From a virus, in IMG/VR virus record IMGVR_UViG_3300006184_000006: 40,815 bases of DNA. The stretch is one strand, 5' to 3'. The notes below the pieces were generated by a model. That model saw only the letters and a program-made list of their open reading frames with translations. It did not search any database and had not been told where the DNA came from. Below are positions 1-6,846 of the stretch, in pieces (position 1 is the first letter of the stretch; every line of letters begins with the position of its first letter). A program made the position numbers and the translations under genes.

Positions 1-33
1 GAAGCTGAAGTTCTACCATTGAACTACACTCGC
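1..33 (-). tRNA. 5' half of a tRNA gene (Gly-like; the anticodon begins with C at nt 1), continuing off the left edge of the window
   Basis: The reverse complement reads GCGAGTG TA GTTC AATGGTA GAAC T TCAGC TTC. This gives a 7-nt acceptor arm, U8, a 4-bp D stem (GTTC/GAAC) with A14, G18G19 and A21, position 26, a 5-nt anticodon stem 5' arm, and U33. G1, C2, G3 and the AGTTCAATGGTAGAAC D-arm are typical of bacterial tRNA-Gly. The 3' half is outside the window, so the identity is unconfirmed. Confidence 0.55.
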
Positions 34-38
34 GTGGC
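1..38. repeat. attL core (38-bp direct repeat, identical to 40778-40815)
   Basis: gaagctgaagttctaccattgaactacactcgcgtggc occurs exactly at 1-38 and at 40778-40815. Confidence 0.9.
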
Positions 39-94
39 TAAAACACTGGAAAGTACAGCGGTTCAAGCTGAGCCAAACCTAGCAGATTCGCACT

Positions 95-1276
95 TTATTG
101 GCTGTTTTGATCGCTGACCACCTTCACCGTGTTCAGTAGTTCCAGCGTAGCAGTGAGGTCCGGCCCATGCTCGCCCTCATCGATGTAGTGCTTCTCGGTG
201 ATCGTGACCGACGAATGCCCCAGCTGCTTCTGCGCGCTGTCCTTGCTCGCCGTCTTCGCCACGAACGTACCCACGGACGACCGGAACACCTTCGGCATCG
301 CGTCCACAATCGGGACATCGCCAAGCGCTTGATTCCACTGCACTCGGAAGTTGTCAGGGCTCCGCACGGTGCCAGTCGAGGAAGGAAACACGACTTCGGT
401 GTAGGCCGTCTCGCTTCGTCGCCTCAGCATGTCCACGACGAACAGAGGCAGCTTCAGAATTCGAACCTTGTGGCCCTTGGTGTGCTCCTGAATCGTGAGG
501 CCAAAGTCTCGATCCCGCACAACCGTCGCGCGAATCCGGGCGGTGGCGGGCTCAGACTCAAGGTCAACGTCCGCCCAACGCAGTGCGAACACCTCGCCCG
601 GCCGGCATCCGGTGCCCAACATGAAATCGCACGGGTCGGAAAGATCCGACGACCTGGCGCGTCCGCTCTTGTCCTTCCCCGAATCCCAAGCGGCCAGCGT
701 CGTGCGGATGTCGGCAATCTCGTCAAGGGACCACGCCACAGGAGCCTTCTCGGGTTCCGGGATAGTGGCGCATGAGTCGACCGGATTGGACATGATCGCG
801 CCGTGGCGTGCAGCCATCCCCATCATTCCTCTGAGGATCACTCGGGCGAGCGCGGCACTCGAGTATCCGACGTTCTTCGTCTTCGCCTTGAGAAACCTGT
901 CCAAGCGTGAGACGGACGCCTCGCTGATCATGAGGCCGCCGAGCCCTGCCTTGATGTGATTCTCAAGAATGCCCTTGTACCTCCGCTCCGTGTTGATCGG
1001 TCGAGGCTTCGCGGATAGCCATTCCTCCCACCATTCGTCGGCGAGGGCGGAAATGCGCATGGATGGAGTGATGCCCTCAGCCTCAGGCGCCAAACGCGTC
1101 TTGAGTGCTCGTTTGAGGTTGTCCTCAGCGTTCTGGGGAGTCTTCCCCGTTCGCAGCATCCGGCGCGTGTGCCCGTCGCTGTCCCTGTAGAAAGCCGTAG
1201 CCATAGGAGTGCCACTAGCGGTCTTACCGCGAGTGATCTTCCCCCAGGTTTCGAGAACGAGTGGTGGTCTAGCCAT
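95..1276 (-). CDS. int: Tyrosine integrase (phage integrase family)
   Basis: 393-aa ORF next to attL. The C-terminal catalytic region carries GCRPGE (Arg), KVFRSSVGT, LGHSSVTITEKHY (His and the Tyr nucleophile). The N-terminal SAM-like core-binding region has ADEWWEEWL. Confidence 0.95.
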   Translation of the reverse strand: MARPPLVLETWGKITRGKTASGTPMATAFYRDSDGHTRRMLRTGKTPQNAEDNLKRALKTRLAPEAEGITPSMRISALADEWWEEWLSAKPRPINTERRYKGILENHIKAGLGGLMISEASVSRLDRFLKAKTKNVGYSSAALARVILRGMMGMAARHGAIMSNPVDSCATIPEPEKAPVAWSLDEIADIRTTLAAWDSGKDKSGRARSSDLSDPCDFMLGTGCRPGEVFALRWADVDLESEPATARIRATVVRDRDFGLTIQEHTKGHKVRILKLPLFVVDMLRRRSETAYTEVVFPSSTGTVRSPDNFRVQWNQALGDVPIVDAMPKVFRSSVGTFVAKTASKDSAQKQLGHSSVTITEKHYIDEGEHGPDLTATLELLNTVKVVSDQNSQ

Positions 1277-1751
1277 AGCTCCTCACAAAAAGTTCCATGA
1301 TCTTCTCCGTCACGTTGAGTTCGAGAGCGATGCGTCCGTAGTCGTTGCCTGCCTCAGCTGCCTCACGGATTCGCGATGGCCGTATCAGGCGCCGTGCGGC
1401 AATGCGATCCGCCCGATCGTCTGCACCCTGGGTGTCGTGTTCATCTTGGCGTTCCCAGTGCACGATCTCGTGCGCCAGGGCGCAACGTTCAACCGCGCTG
1501 TGCAGGTTGGGGAGCATGAAGATCGCTTGGAACCGAAGTGAGAACCCGGCGACCATGTCGGGCTCGGGCAGATCGGACCGGTAGATAACTGGAATGCCGA
1601 GATCTTCGGCGTGCACCGCGGGGTCGTAGTCCATCGCGCACGGGCCGTCGTAGAAGCTGTGCAGCCCGAACATGTAGCTGGTCGAGTTCGGGACCGGCCG
1701 GCGCGGGTCATACGTCTCGATATCGAACAGATCCCAGTCGCTGAGTGTCAC
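1269..1751 (-). CDS. ImmA/IrrE-family zinc metallopeptidase (anti-repressor protease)
   Basis: 160 aa with an HExxH motif (LAHEIVHWERQ). It lies immediately downstream of the XRE repressor and overlaps it by 4 nt. It overlaps the int start by 8 nt. Confidence 0.8.
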   Translation of the reverse strand: MTLSDWDLFDIETYDPRRPVPNSTSYMFGLHSFYDGPCAMDYDPAVHAEDLGIPVIYRSDLPEPDMVAGFSLRFQAIFMLPNLHSAVERCALAHEIVHWERQDEHDTQGADDRADRIAARRLIRPSRIREAAEAGNDYGRIALELNVTEKIMELFVRSYG

Positions 1752-2197
1752 GACTCTCCCCTCTCTGGCGGGACCGGCTTCGTGTCCTTCGAAGCCGCCA
1801 TCTTTTCCCCGCTGATGTCTACGTTGTGAAGGTCTTCAGTATCCGTAGGGGGTACGACACTCAAGCGGGGCTTGATGCCAAAGCGACGGAGGTCGGCGGC
1901 GTCTGCATTGTTGAGTGAGGGGATGTAGCTCGAGATCTCGAAGCCGCGCTTCTTCAGGTTGGCGAGGGCGTCACGCATGATGACATCCGGGCCGATGTTG
2001 AGCGCATAGGCGAGACGTCCAAGTTCTTCAACGTCGATGACGCGCTTGCCGTTGAGGCTCTTCGAGACGGTGGGGTGGGGAAGTCGTGCCTTATCGGCGA
2101 GCTCACGGATCCCCAGGTTGAGGTAGGCGCGGCGGGCGCGAAGCTCTGCTGCGACGGCCTCAACAAGCGGACCAAGTTCTCTACTAGCGGTTCCCAT
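1748..2197 (-). CDS. XRE-family HTH immunity repressor (CI/ImmR-like)
   Basis: HTH motif LGIRELADKARLPHPTVSKSLNGKR. It is divergent from the cro-like gene. The ORF is open up to 2233 (TTG), with ATGs at 2209 and 2197. I chose ATG 2197 because a TTGACC-17-TATGTT promoter puts the transcription start on it, giving a leaderless transcript. Confidence 0.8.
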   Translation of the reverse strand: MGTASRELGPLVEAVAAELRARRAYLNLGIRELADKARLPHPTVSKSLNGKRVIDVEELGRLAYALNIGPDVIMRDALANLKKRGFEISSYIPSLNNADAADLRRFGIKPRLSVVPPTDTEDLHNVDISGEKMAASKDTKPVPPERGES

Positions 2198-2204
2198 ATG
2201 GAAC
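2189..2204. promoter_or_regulatory. Operator candidate O-L: imperfect palindrome GGTTCCCATATGGAAC
   Basis: It has the same GTTCC/GGAAC half-sites as 2246-2261. It overlaps the predicted start point of the repressor transcript. A weaker half-site (TTTGGAAAC) lies at 2217-2225. Confidence 0.45.
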
Positions 2205-2233
2205 AACATAGCCACTTTTGGAAACGGGGTCAA
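2205..2233 (-). promoter_or_regulatory. Putative leftward repressor promoter giving a leaderless mRNA
   Basis: On the minus strand: -35 TTGACC (2233-2228), a 17-nt spacer, -10 TATGTT (2210-2205), then 7 nt to the A of ATG 2197. Confidence 0.5.
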
Positions 2234-2238
2234 TGAGC

Positions 2239-2267
2239 TTGACCCGGTTCCAAATGGAACCTATTGT
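2239..2267 (+). promoter_or_regulatory. Putative rightward early promoter giving a leaderless cro-like mRNA
   Basis: -35 TTGACC (2239-2244), a 17-nt spacer, -10 TATTGT (2262-2267), then 6 nt to the A of ATG 2274. No Shine-Dalgarno sequence precedes the ATG. Confidence 0.55.
2246..2261. promoter_or_regulatory. Operator candidate O-R: perfect 16-bp palindrome GGTTCCAAATGGAACC
   Basis: Perfect inverted repeat GGTTCCA-AA-TGGAACC. It fills the spacer between the -35 and -10 of the rightward promoter. Confidence 0.6.
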
Positions 2268-2273
2268 GGGCAC

Positions 2274-2540
2274 ATGGAAGCACTCACTTACGGCGAAGCA
2301 GTCGCCGCCGAGGTGCGGGCCCAGATTGCGCGGGCGGCGAGAACTCACTCGTCAGTCGCGGAAGAGACCGGAATCCCGAAGGCAACCCTGTCACGCAAGA
2401 CGACCGGGAAGACGCCCTTCGACGTCGTAGAGGTAGCGCGCATCGCCGCCGCCCTTCGCATCGATCCGGATGACATCTTTCGCGCCGCAGCAGGACGGAC
2501 CCCCGGCTCGGATCAAAACTCGAAGGCCGATGCGGCATGA
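2274..2540 (+). CDS. Cro-like XRE-family HTH regulator
   Basis: 88 aa with HTH motif HSSVAEETGIPKATLSRKTTGK. It is the first gene of the rightward operon, divergent from the repressor. Confidence 0.8.
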   Translation: MEALTYGEAVAAEVRAQIARAARTHSSVAEETGIPKATLSRKTTGKTPFDVVEVARIAAALRIDPDDIFRAAAGRTPGSDQNSKADAA

Positions 2541-2722
2541 ACGCGGCCGCCAAGGTCTATCTCACGCCACAGGAGGTGTCGGACCGGATCAAGTTCTCTG
2601 TCGGCACTCTCGCCAACTGGCGGACGCAGGGCAAAGGCCCGGACTACGTGCGGCAAGGGAGACGAATCCGGTACCCGGAGGAAGCCATCGAGCGGTTCAT
2701 GAGCGAACCGCAAGTCGCATAG
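2537..2722 (+). CDS. Excisionase-like / MerR-superfamily HTH DNA-binding protein
   Basis: 61 aa, LTPQEVSDRIKFSVGTLANWRTQGKGPDYV..RIRYPEEAIERF, matching the typical Xis/AlpA-type winged-helix pattern. The start overlaps the upstream stop (ATGA). Confidence 0.6.
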   Translation: MNAAAKVYLTPQEVSDRIKFSVGTLANWRTQGKGPDYVRQGRRIRYPEEAIERFMSEPQVA

Positions 2723-2740
2723 CAACACCAAAAGAGAAAC

Positions 2741-2760
2741 GCCTCGGGGGCAACCGAGGC
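2741..2760 (+). terminator. Stem-loop after the cro/xis pair (possible attenuator; no U-tract)
   Basis: GCCTCGG-gggcaa-CCGAGGC, a 7-bp stem. Confidence 0.3.
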
Positions 2761-2779
2761 GAATCAGAGAGGAACTGTA

Positions 2780-3601
2780 GTGAATTCCACCGACATTCTA
2801 CCCGCGAAGGCCGCAACACACAGCTTCTATGGGCAGAGCATCAACACCATCACTCTCGACGGAGTCGATTATCTGCTCCTAGGGCAGCTGTGTGACAACC
2901 TCGGGCTTGACGCTGAGGGTCAGCGTCAGTCGCTTGAGCGTCAGGCGTGGGCGCAGGGCATGACCTTTGTAACGAAGGTCATGCTCCCGGGTGCTGAGCG
3001 CTCCTATCCCCGCTACCTCATCAACACCCGCATCGTCGGCATGTGGCTGGCGACCATCACCACTTCCCGGATCCGTGACGAGGAGTCACGGGTCATGGTC
3101 GAGCGGTACCAGCGTGAACTCGCCGACAAGATCCACGAATGGATCAACGGCGCCACACCCCGCCGCGAGCTCTCGGAGACGGAGGTCGTTCTTCAGGCGC
3201 TCACCATCCTCAAGACGAAGACGGAACAGCAGGCGCAGGAGATCGAGGTTCTGGCGCCGAAGGCGTCGGCGTGGGATGCGTTGGTGTCGTCGGCGGGGTC
3301 GTGGTCGTACACGGATGCTGCGCACTGCTTGTTCGAGCAGAAGCACATCGTCATCGGTCAGAAGCGGCTGGTTGCGCTGCTGGTCGATTGGGTGTGGATG
3401 TACCGGGACCACAAGGGCCGGCCCCACGCCTACCAGCGGATCCTCGAGCAGGGTCTGTTGACGGAGAAGATCCGCACCTATGTGGACACGGTGACGGGGG
3501 AAACCCTTCAGTCGTCGGCCCCGCAGGTTCGGATCACGGGTAAGGGGCTGGATGTCATCTACCGGCGCCTGTCTGACTCGGCCGCGGCGGTGGCGTCATG
3601 A
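2780..3601 (+). CDS. Phage antirepressor (P22 AR N-terminal-like domain plus KilA-C domain)
   Basis: 273 aa with a GTG start after AGAGAGGA. The N-terminal part reads FYGQSINTITLDGVDYLLLGQLCDNLGL. The C-terminal part, APKASAWDALVSSAGSWSYTDAA...GQKRLVALLVDWVWMY, resembles KilAC. Confidence 0.75.
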   Translation: MNSTDILPAKAATHSFYGQSINTITLDGVDYLLLGQLCDNLGLDAEGQRQSLERQAWAQGMTFVTKVMLPGAERSYPRYLINTRIVGMWLATITTSRIRDEESRVMVERYQRELADKIHEWINGATPRRELSETEVVLQALTILKTKTEQQAQEIEVLAPKASAWDALVSSAGSWSYTDAAHCLFEQKHIVIGQKRLVALLVDWVWMYRDHKGRPHAYQRILEQGLLTEKIRTYVDTVTGETLQSSAPQVRITGKGLDVIYRRLSDSAAAVAS

Positions 3602-3816
3602 CCGCGCAGGTGGTGACGACGTGGAACCGGGCACCGATGCAGATGCTGCACCCGGAGACGATCACGATCATCTGCGATGCGGATGAGCGGTCGAACTGGA
3701 CGCTGCAGGCTCCTGCTGGTCAGTTGTGGGAGCGCCTCGCTGAGCAGGAGATCATCCCTACTGCTCGTCTCGGTGCGGCACTGATTCGTGCTGACGTCCG
3801 TGGGGAGGCCCTCTGA
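3598..3816 (+). CDS. Hypothetical protein (72 aa)
   Basis: ORF with ATGA start/stop coupling to the upstream gene and high GC3. Confidence 0.6.
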   Translation: MTAQVVTTWNRAPMQMLHPETITIICDADERSNWTLQAPAGQLWERLAEQEIIPTARLGAALIRADVRGEAL

Positions 3817-3923
3817 TGCGCACGTTCAGGTTTTTCGCTGCGGGTGCTGTGACGGCGACGGGTGTGGTGTTCGTGGCTGTGACGGTCTGGATGCACCTTG
3901 TCGAGAGGAAGGCATTCCGATGA
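3816..3923 (+). CDS. Small hydrophobic protein (35 aa, one predicted TM helix)
   Basis: Hand translation: MRTFRFFAAGAVTATGVVFVAVTVWMHLVERKAFR. Its start overlaps the upstream stop (TGATG) and its stop overlaps the next ATG. Confidence 0.4.
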   Translation: MRTFRFFAAGAVTATGVVFVAVTVWMHLVERKAFR

Positions 3924-4048
3924 GCCTCTGGACGATTCCCGAACTGGATGCACTGATCGTGTCCGCTCGGAAGCTCGGCTTCTGGGACGACGTCGCATTC
4001 TTCACCGCTGAGCGCGCTCGACTTCTGGGGCAGGAGGTGACCCGATGA
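3920..4048 (+). CDS. Hypothetical protein (42 aa)
   Basis: MSLWTIPELDALIVSARKLGFWDDVAFFTAERARLLGQEVTR, coupled at both ends by ATGA overlaps. The track ORF 3788-4048 is in the same frame. Confidence 0.45.
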   Translation: MSLWTIPELDALIVSARKLGFWDDVAFFTAERARLLGQEVTR

Positions 4049-4146
4049 GTAAGCACGCCCAGATCGTTCTGCCGTTGTTTCCGCGGTCCACGTTCATTCC
4101 CCCGGTCGACAAGGTCGACAACGAAGTAGAGGAGGCGACCTGCTAA
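4045..4146 (+). CDS. Hypothetical protein (33 aa)
   Basis: MSKHAQIVLPLFPRSTFIPPVDKVDNEVEEATC. The ATG overlaps the upstream TGA, and the TAA overlaps the next ATG (TAATG). Confidence 0.35.
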   Translation: MSKHAQIVLPLFPRSTFIPPVDKVDNEVEEATC

Positions 4147-4529
4147 TGGCACTCATCGAACTCACGAAAGCGCAGCTGGTCACGAAGGTTCGCGAAGCAC
4201 AGGACCGTGAAGCGCAGATGCGTACCGAAAGGGATGCGTGGAAGGAGCAGGTCAAGGCCACGCCGACACCGACCGCTGTTCCGGAGGCGGACGCCCTCGC
4301 GGGTTGTATCCGGGCTCTGGCGGGTGTCCCGAACGTCCGTGCCGATTCGTACGGGTCGTCGCCCGAGCGTCCTGACACGAAGCTGATCCGACGCGTGCTG
4401 CTGTCCCTCGCGGACCGCTACGGCGTTGACCTCATCCAGCACGAGGTCGCCCCGTGCGATCGAGTCCACCTGGACGACGCAGGTCCGGCGCTGATCGCGG
4501 ACGCATTCGCTCGGATGGTGTCCCGATGA
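4146..4529 (+). CDS. Hypothetical protein (127 aa)
   Basis: Track ORF with coupled starts and stops. No recognisable motif. Confidence 0.65.
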   Translation: MALIELTKAQLVTKVREAQDREAQMRTERDAWKEQVKATPTPTAVPEADALAGCIRALAGVPNVRADSYGSSPERPDTKLIRRVLLSLADRYGVDLIQHEVAPCDRVHLDDAGPALIADAFARMVSR

Positions 4530-4678
4530 ACGCCGCGGAGACGATCGCAACAGCGATCGAGAAGCTCGACCATCTCAAGGCGAATAGCACCCCGGGTCCC
4601 TGGCGCGAGGAAGACCACGAAGAGGAGTTCGTGGGCTTCATGAATCTCGCTCACGCGATTCTCGGGGAGGTGTCGTGA
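4526..4678 (+). CDS. Hypothetical protein (50 aa)
   Basis: MNAAETIATAIEKLDHLKANSTPGPWREEDHEEEF... The ATG at 4526 overlaps the upstream stop. Confidence 0.5.
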   Translation: MNAAETIATAIEKLDHLKANSTPGPWREEDHEEEFVGFMNLAHAILGEVS

Positions 4679-4812
4679 TGAGACACGACTACACACCTGA
4701 GAACCCGGGCCCCGCATGGGTGGCCGTGATCGCGGCCGGTGCCACCGCTGGTGTTCTGCTCCTCCCGTTCGTGTGGGTTGTCTGCACGGTTGTGAAGGCG
4801 GTGTGGGGATGA
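4678..4812 (+). CDS. Small membrane protein (44 aa)
   Basis: MRHDYTPENPGPAWVAVIAAGATAGVLLLPFVWVVCTVVKAVWG, with one long hydrophobic segment. The start overlaps the upstream stop (TGATG) and the stop overlaps the next ATG (ATGA). Confidence 0.45.
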   Translation: MRHDYTPENPGPAWVAVIAAGATAGVLLLPFVWVVCTVVKAVWG

Positions 4813-4934
4813 ACGCCTTCAAGCCCGGACGCCCCGACTGGGTACCGAAAGCCATCGCCCTCGCCGGCCTGCTCCTCGCAGCGCTCGCTGTAGCCCTCTG
4901 GGTGCTCTACCTGCAGGGGGTGCGTTTTCGGTGA
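4809..4934 (+). CDS. Small membrane protein (41 aa)
   Basis: MNAFKPGRPDWVPKAIALAGLLLAALAVALWVLYLQGVRFR, with one TM segment. Coupled to its neighbours. Confidence 0.45.
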   Translation: MNAFKPGRPDWVPKAIALAGLLLAALAVALWVLYLQGVRFR

Positions 4935-5116
4935 ACCGTGCGAACGCGTTCCTCATCTTCATCATCCTCGGCGGCTGCCTCATCACCGTACTGGCCGTAC
5001 TGGCCGCACTGCCGTTCCTCGTAATGATCGGCTCCCTTATCGCCGGTGGCGGCGCCCTCCTAGGCATCACCGCTACCTGGCTCAACGACCTCATCGAAGG
5101 AGAAGACCCGAAATGA
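4931..5116 (+). CDS. Small membrane protein (61 aa, two hydrophobic segments)
   Basis: MNRANAFLIFIILGGCLITVLAVLAALPFLVMIGSLIAGGGALLGITATWL. The GTG start overlaps the upstream TGA. Confidence 0.6.
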   Translation: MNRANAFLIFIILGGCLITVLAVLAALPFLVMIGSLIAGGGALLGITATWLNDLIEGEDPK

Positions 5117-5340
5117 CTACCAAGTTGAAGACGAACCTGGATCGGGTTCGTGCGGCGAAGGAGCAGGTAGAGACCGCCCTCGCCAGCATCCCTTCCACCT
5201 CGATCGTGCACCCCTACGTGGACGCTCAGCGGGCTGTGCTCAACGCGGCCCTGAACGACAGGAGAACCGGCATCACCCGGGAAACCGAGACCACACCCGG
5301 CCTCACGTTGGCACTCGACGTCCTGGCAGGCACCCGATGA
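5113..5340 (+). CDS. Hypothetical protein (75 aa)
   Basis: Track ORF with ATGA coupling at both ends. Confidence 0.6.
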   Translation: MTTKLKTNLDRVRAAKEQVETALASIPSTSIVHPYVDAQRAVLNAALNDRRTGITRETETTPGLTLALDVLAGTR

Positions 5341-5525
5341 GCGCCCGGTTCCGCTACTCCGTAGTCACGGATGGCTCGGGTATGCCTGGCGTCCTCGATT
5401 CCGTCACATCCCGCGTCGCCCCGTTCGTAACATGGCGAGTTGCGGGCCTTACTGCCGACCAACTCAACAGCGGTGAGACAAGCCCCGACGTGCTCGGTTG
5501 GCTCGAGGGGGCATCCGATGAATGA
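5337..5525 (+). CDS. Hypothetical protein (62 aa)
   Basis: Track ORF with an ATGA-coupled start. Confidence 0.55.
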   Translation: MSARFRYSVVTDGSGMPGVLDSVTSRVAPFVTWRVAGLTADQLNSGETSPDVLGWLEGASDE

Positions 5526-5742
5526 CCTCACCCGCAACCTGGCGGACATTCTCTACGGTCCCGAGTTCTCGAACCGTGACCTCCCCACCCGCACACCCGC
5601 CCCGACCGCACCCGTCCTCCCCGTGTTCCACACACAAGAACCCGCACACGACGACGACCTTGCTGCAGCCGGTGACGAACTCCGCGACCAGGACGATCTC
5701 TCAATCCCGTATCCGCCCCGACCCGGAATCGACCTCGCATGA
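5518..5742 (+). CDS. Hypothetical Pro/Asp-rich protein (74 aa)
   Basis: MNDLTRNLADILYGPEF... The ATG at 5518 lies just upstream of the preceding stop, in the same frame as track ORF 5440-5742. Confidence 0.5.
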   Translation: MNDLTRNLADILYGPEFSNRDLPTRTPAPTAPVLPVFHTQEPAHDDDLAAAGDELRDQDDLSIPYPPRPGIDLA

Positions 5743-5882
5743 ACGCCGCACCGTGGGCACCGATGGTCACACCGCCGCTGCCACTGCGGAGCGACTTCCT
5801 ATGGAACACCTGCGAGCACGGCTGGATCGCGGAGGTCTGCAAGGGCGACGGCACGCACGCCGGCGAGGAGGTGACGGACTGA
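5739..5882 (+). CDS. Hypothetical protein (47 aa)
   Basis: MNAAPWAPMVTPPLPLRSDFLWNTCEHGWIAEVCKGDGTHAGEEVTD, coupled by ATGA at its start and by TGATG at its stop. Confidence 0.4.
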   Translation: MNAAPWAPMVTPPLPLRSDFLWNTCEHGWIAEVCKGDGTHAGEEVTD

Positions 5883-6001
5883 TGACCAGATTCGGTTCTC
5901 TCCCTGACCCTCTCGAAACCAACCCGTACGACCTCGACGACCTCGACTACTTCGACGAATGGTACGAGGACGTCGACGATGAGGCGGAGGACCACGAATG
6001 A
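5882..6001 (+). CDS. Hyper-acidic 39-aa protein
   Basis: MTRFGSLPDPLETNPYDLDDLDYFDEWYEDVDDEAEDHE has 16 Asp/Glu in 39 residues. Its stop overlaps the start of the exonuclease gene. Confidence 0.45.
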   Translation: MTRFGSLPDPLETNPYDLDDLDYFDEWYEDVDDEAEDHE

Positions 6002-6846
6002 GCTACACAGGCATCGTTCACGGCCTCGATGAGCGTCTCTACCATTCCGACCCTGCGCTCAGCAGCACGGGTCTGGTGAAGCTGTTGCAGGCGCCGGCGA
6101 AGTACAAGCACTACCGGGACAACCCCGAACCCGCGAAGAAGGCGTACGACGTCGGCAGTGCGGTGCACGGGAAAGTCCTCGGTATCGGTGCACCCATCAC
6201 AGACATCCCCGACGAATACCTCGCGATCAACGGTGCAGCCTCCACGAAGGAAGCGAAGGCGTTCATCCAGGATGCCCGCGATCACGGACGGATCCCGGTG
6301 AAGAAGTCCGAGTACGACGAGATCAACGCCATCGCAGAGTCCGTCCTCGCCCACCCGCTGGCACGGTCTCTGTTCGAGCAGGCAGGGCAGGCGGAAGCAT
6401 CCGTTTTCGCCACCGACCCCGACGCCGGTGTACCCATCCGCTGCCGGTTCGACTACCTCCCCGACTTCACCGTCGACGACCCCTGGTGCGTCGACCTGAA
6501 AACCAGTGCATCGGATGCCTCCCCGGAAGCATTCGCCCGCACCGTCGCGAAACCCGAACTCCGGTACGACGTCCGTCAGGAGCACTACCTAGGCACATAC
6601 GCCGCCGCCACGGGCGAGTTCATGGCCCGCATGAAGTTCGTTGTGGTGGAGAAGACAGCGCCATATCTAGTCGGCGTGTATGAGCTCGCTCCGGAGTTCG
6701 CCGACATGGGGCGCAAGAGAGTCCGCGAGGGCTACGCGAAGTTCGCCGCCTGCACGGATGCCGACCTCTGGCCGGGATACAGCGTCACCCCAGACCCGAT
6801 CCAGCCACCCACGTGGCTGATGTTCCTCGAAGGAGCAATCGCATGA
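5998..6846 (+). CDS. PD-(D/E)XK (RecB/Cas4-like) recombination exonuclease
   Basis: 282 aa with D...VDLKT (D-x-K) followed by QEHYL (the QxxxY motif). It is the first gene of the recombination module. Confidence 0.75.
   Translation: MSYTGIVHGLDERLYHSDPALSSTGLVKLLQAPAKYKHYRDNPEPAKKAYDVGSAVHGKVLGIGAPITDIPDEYLAINGAASTKEAKAFIQDARDHGRIPVKKSEYDEINAIAESVLAHPLARSLFEQAGQAEASVFATDPDAGVPIRCRFDYLPDFTVDDPWCVDLKTSASDASPEAFARTVAKPELRYDVRQEHYLGTYAAATGEFMARMKFVVVEKTAPYLVGVYELAPEFADMGRKRVREGYAKFAACTDADLWPGYSVTPDPIQPPTWLMFLEGAIA

Noticed and set aside
38-66. Sigma70-like promoter TTGAAC-17-TTTTAG for the attL tRNA on the minus strand
   Set aside because: The -10 is poor (3 of 6 matches) and ends only 4 nt before the mature tRNA 5' end. 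Initiation would therefore fall inside the tRNA. Read-through from the int operon is a more plausible source of transcription.
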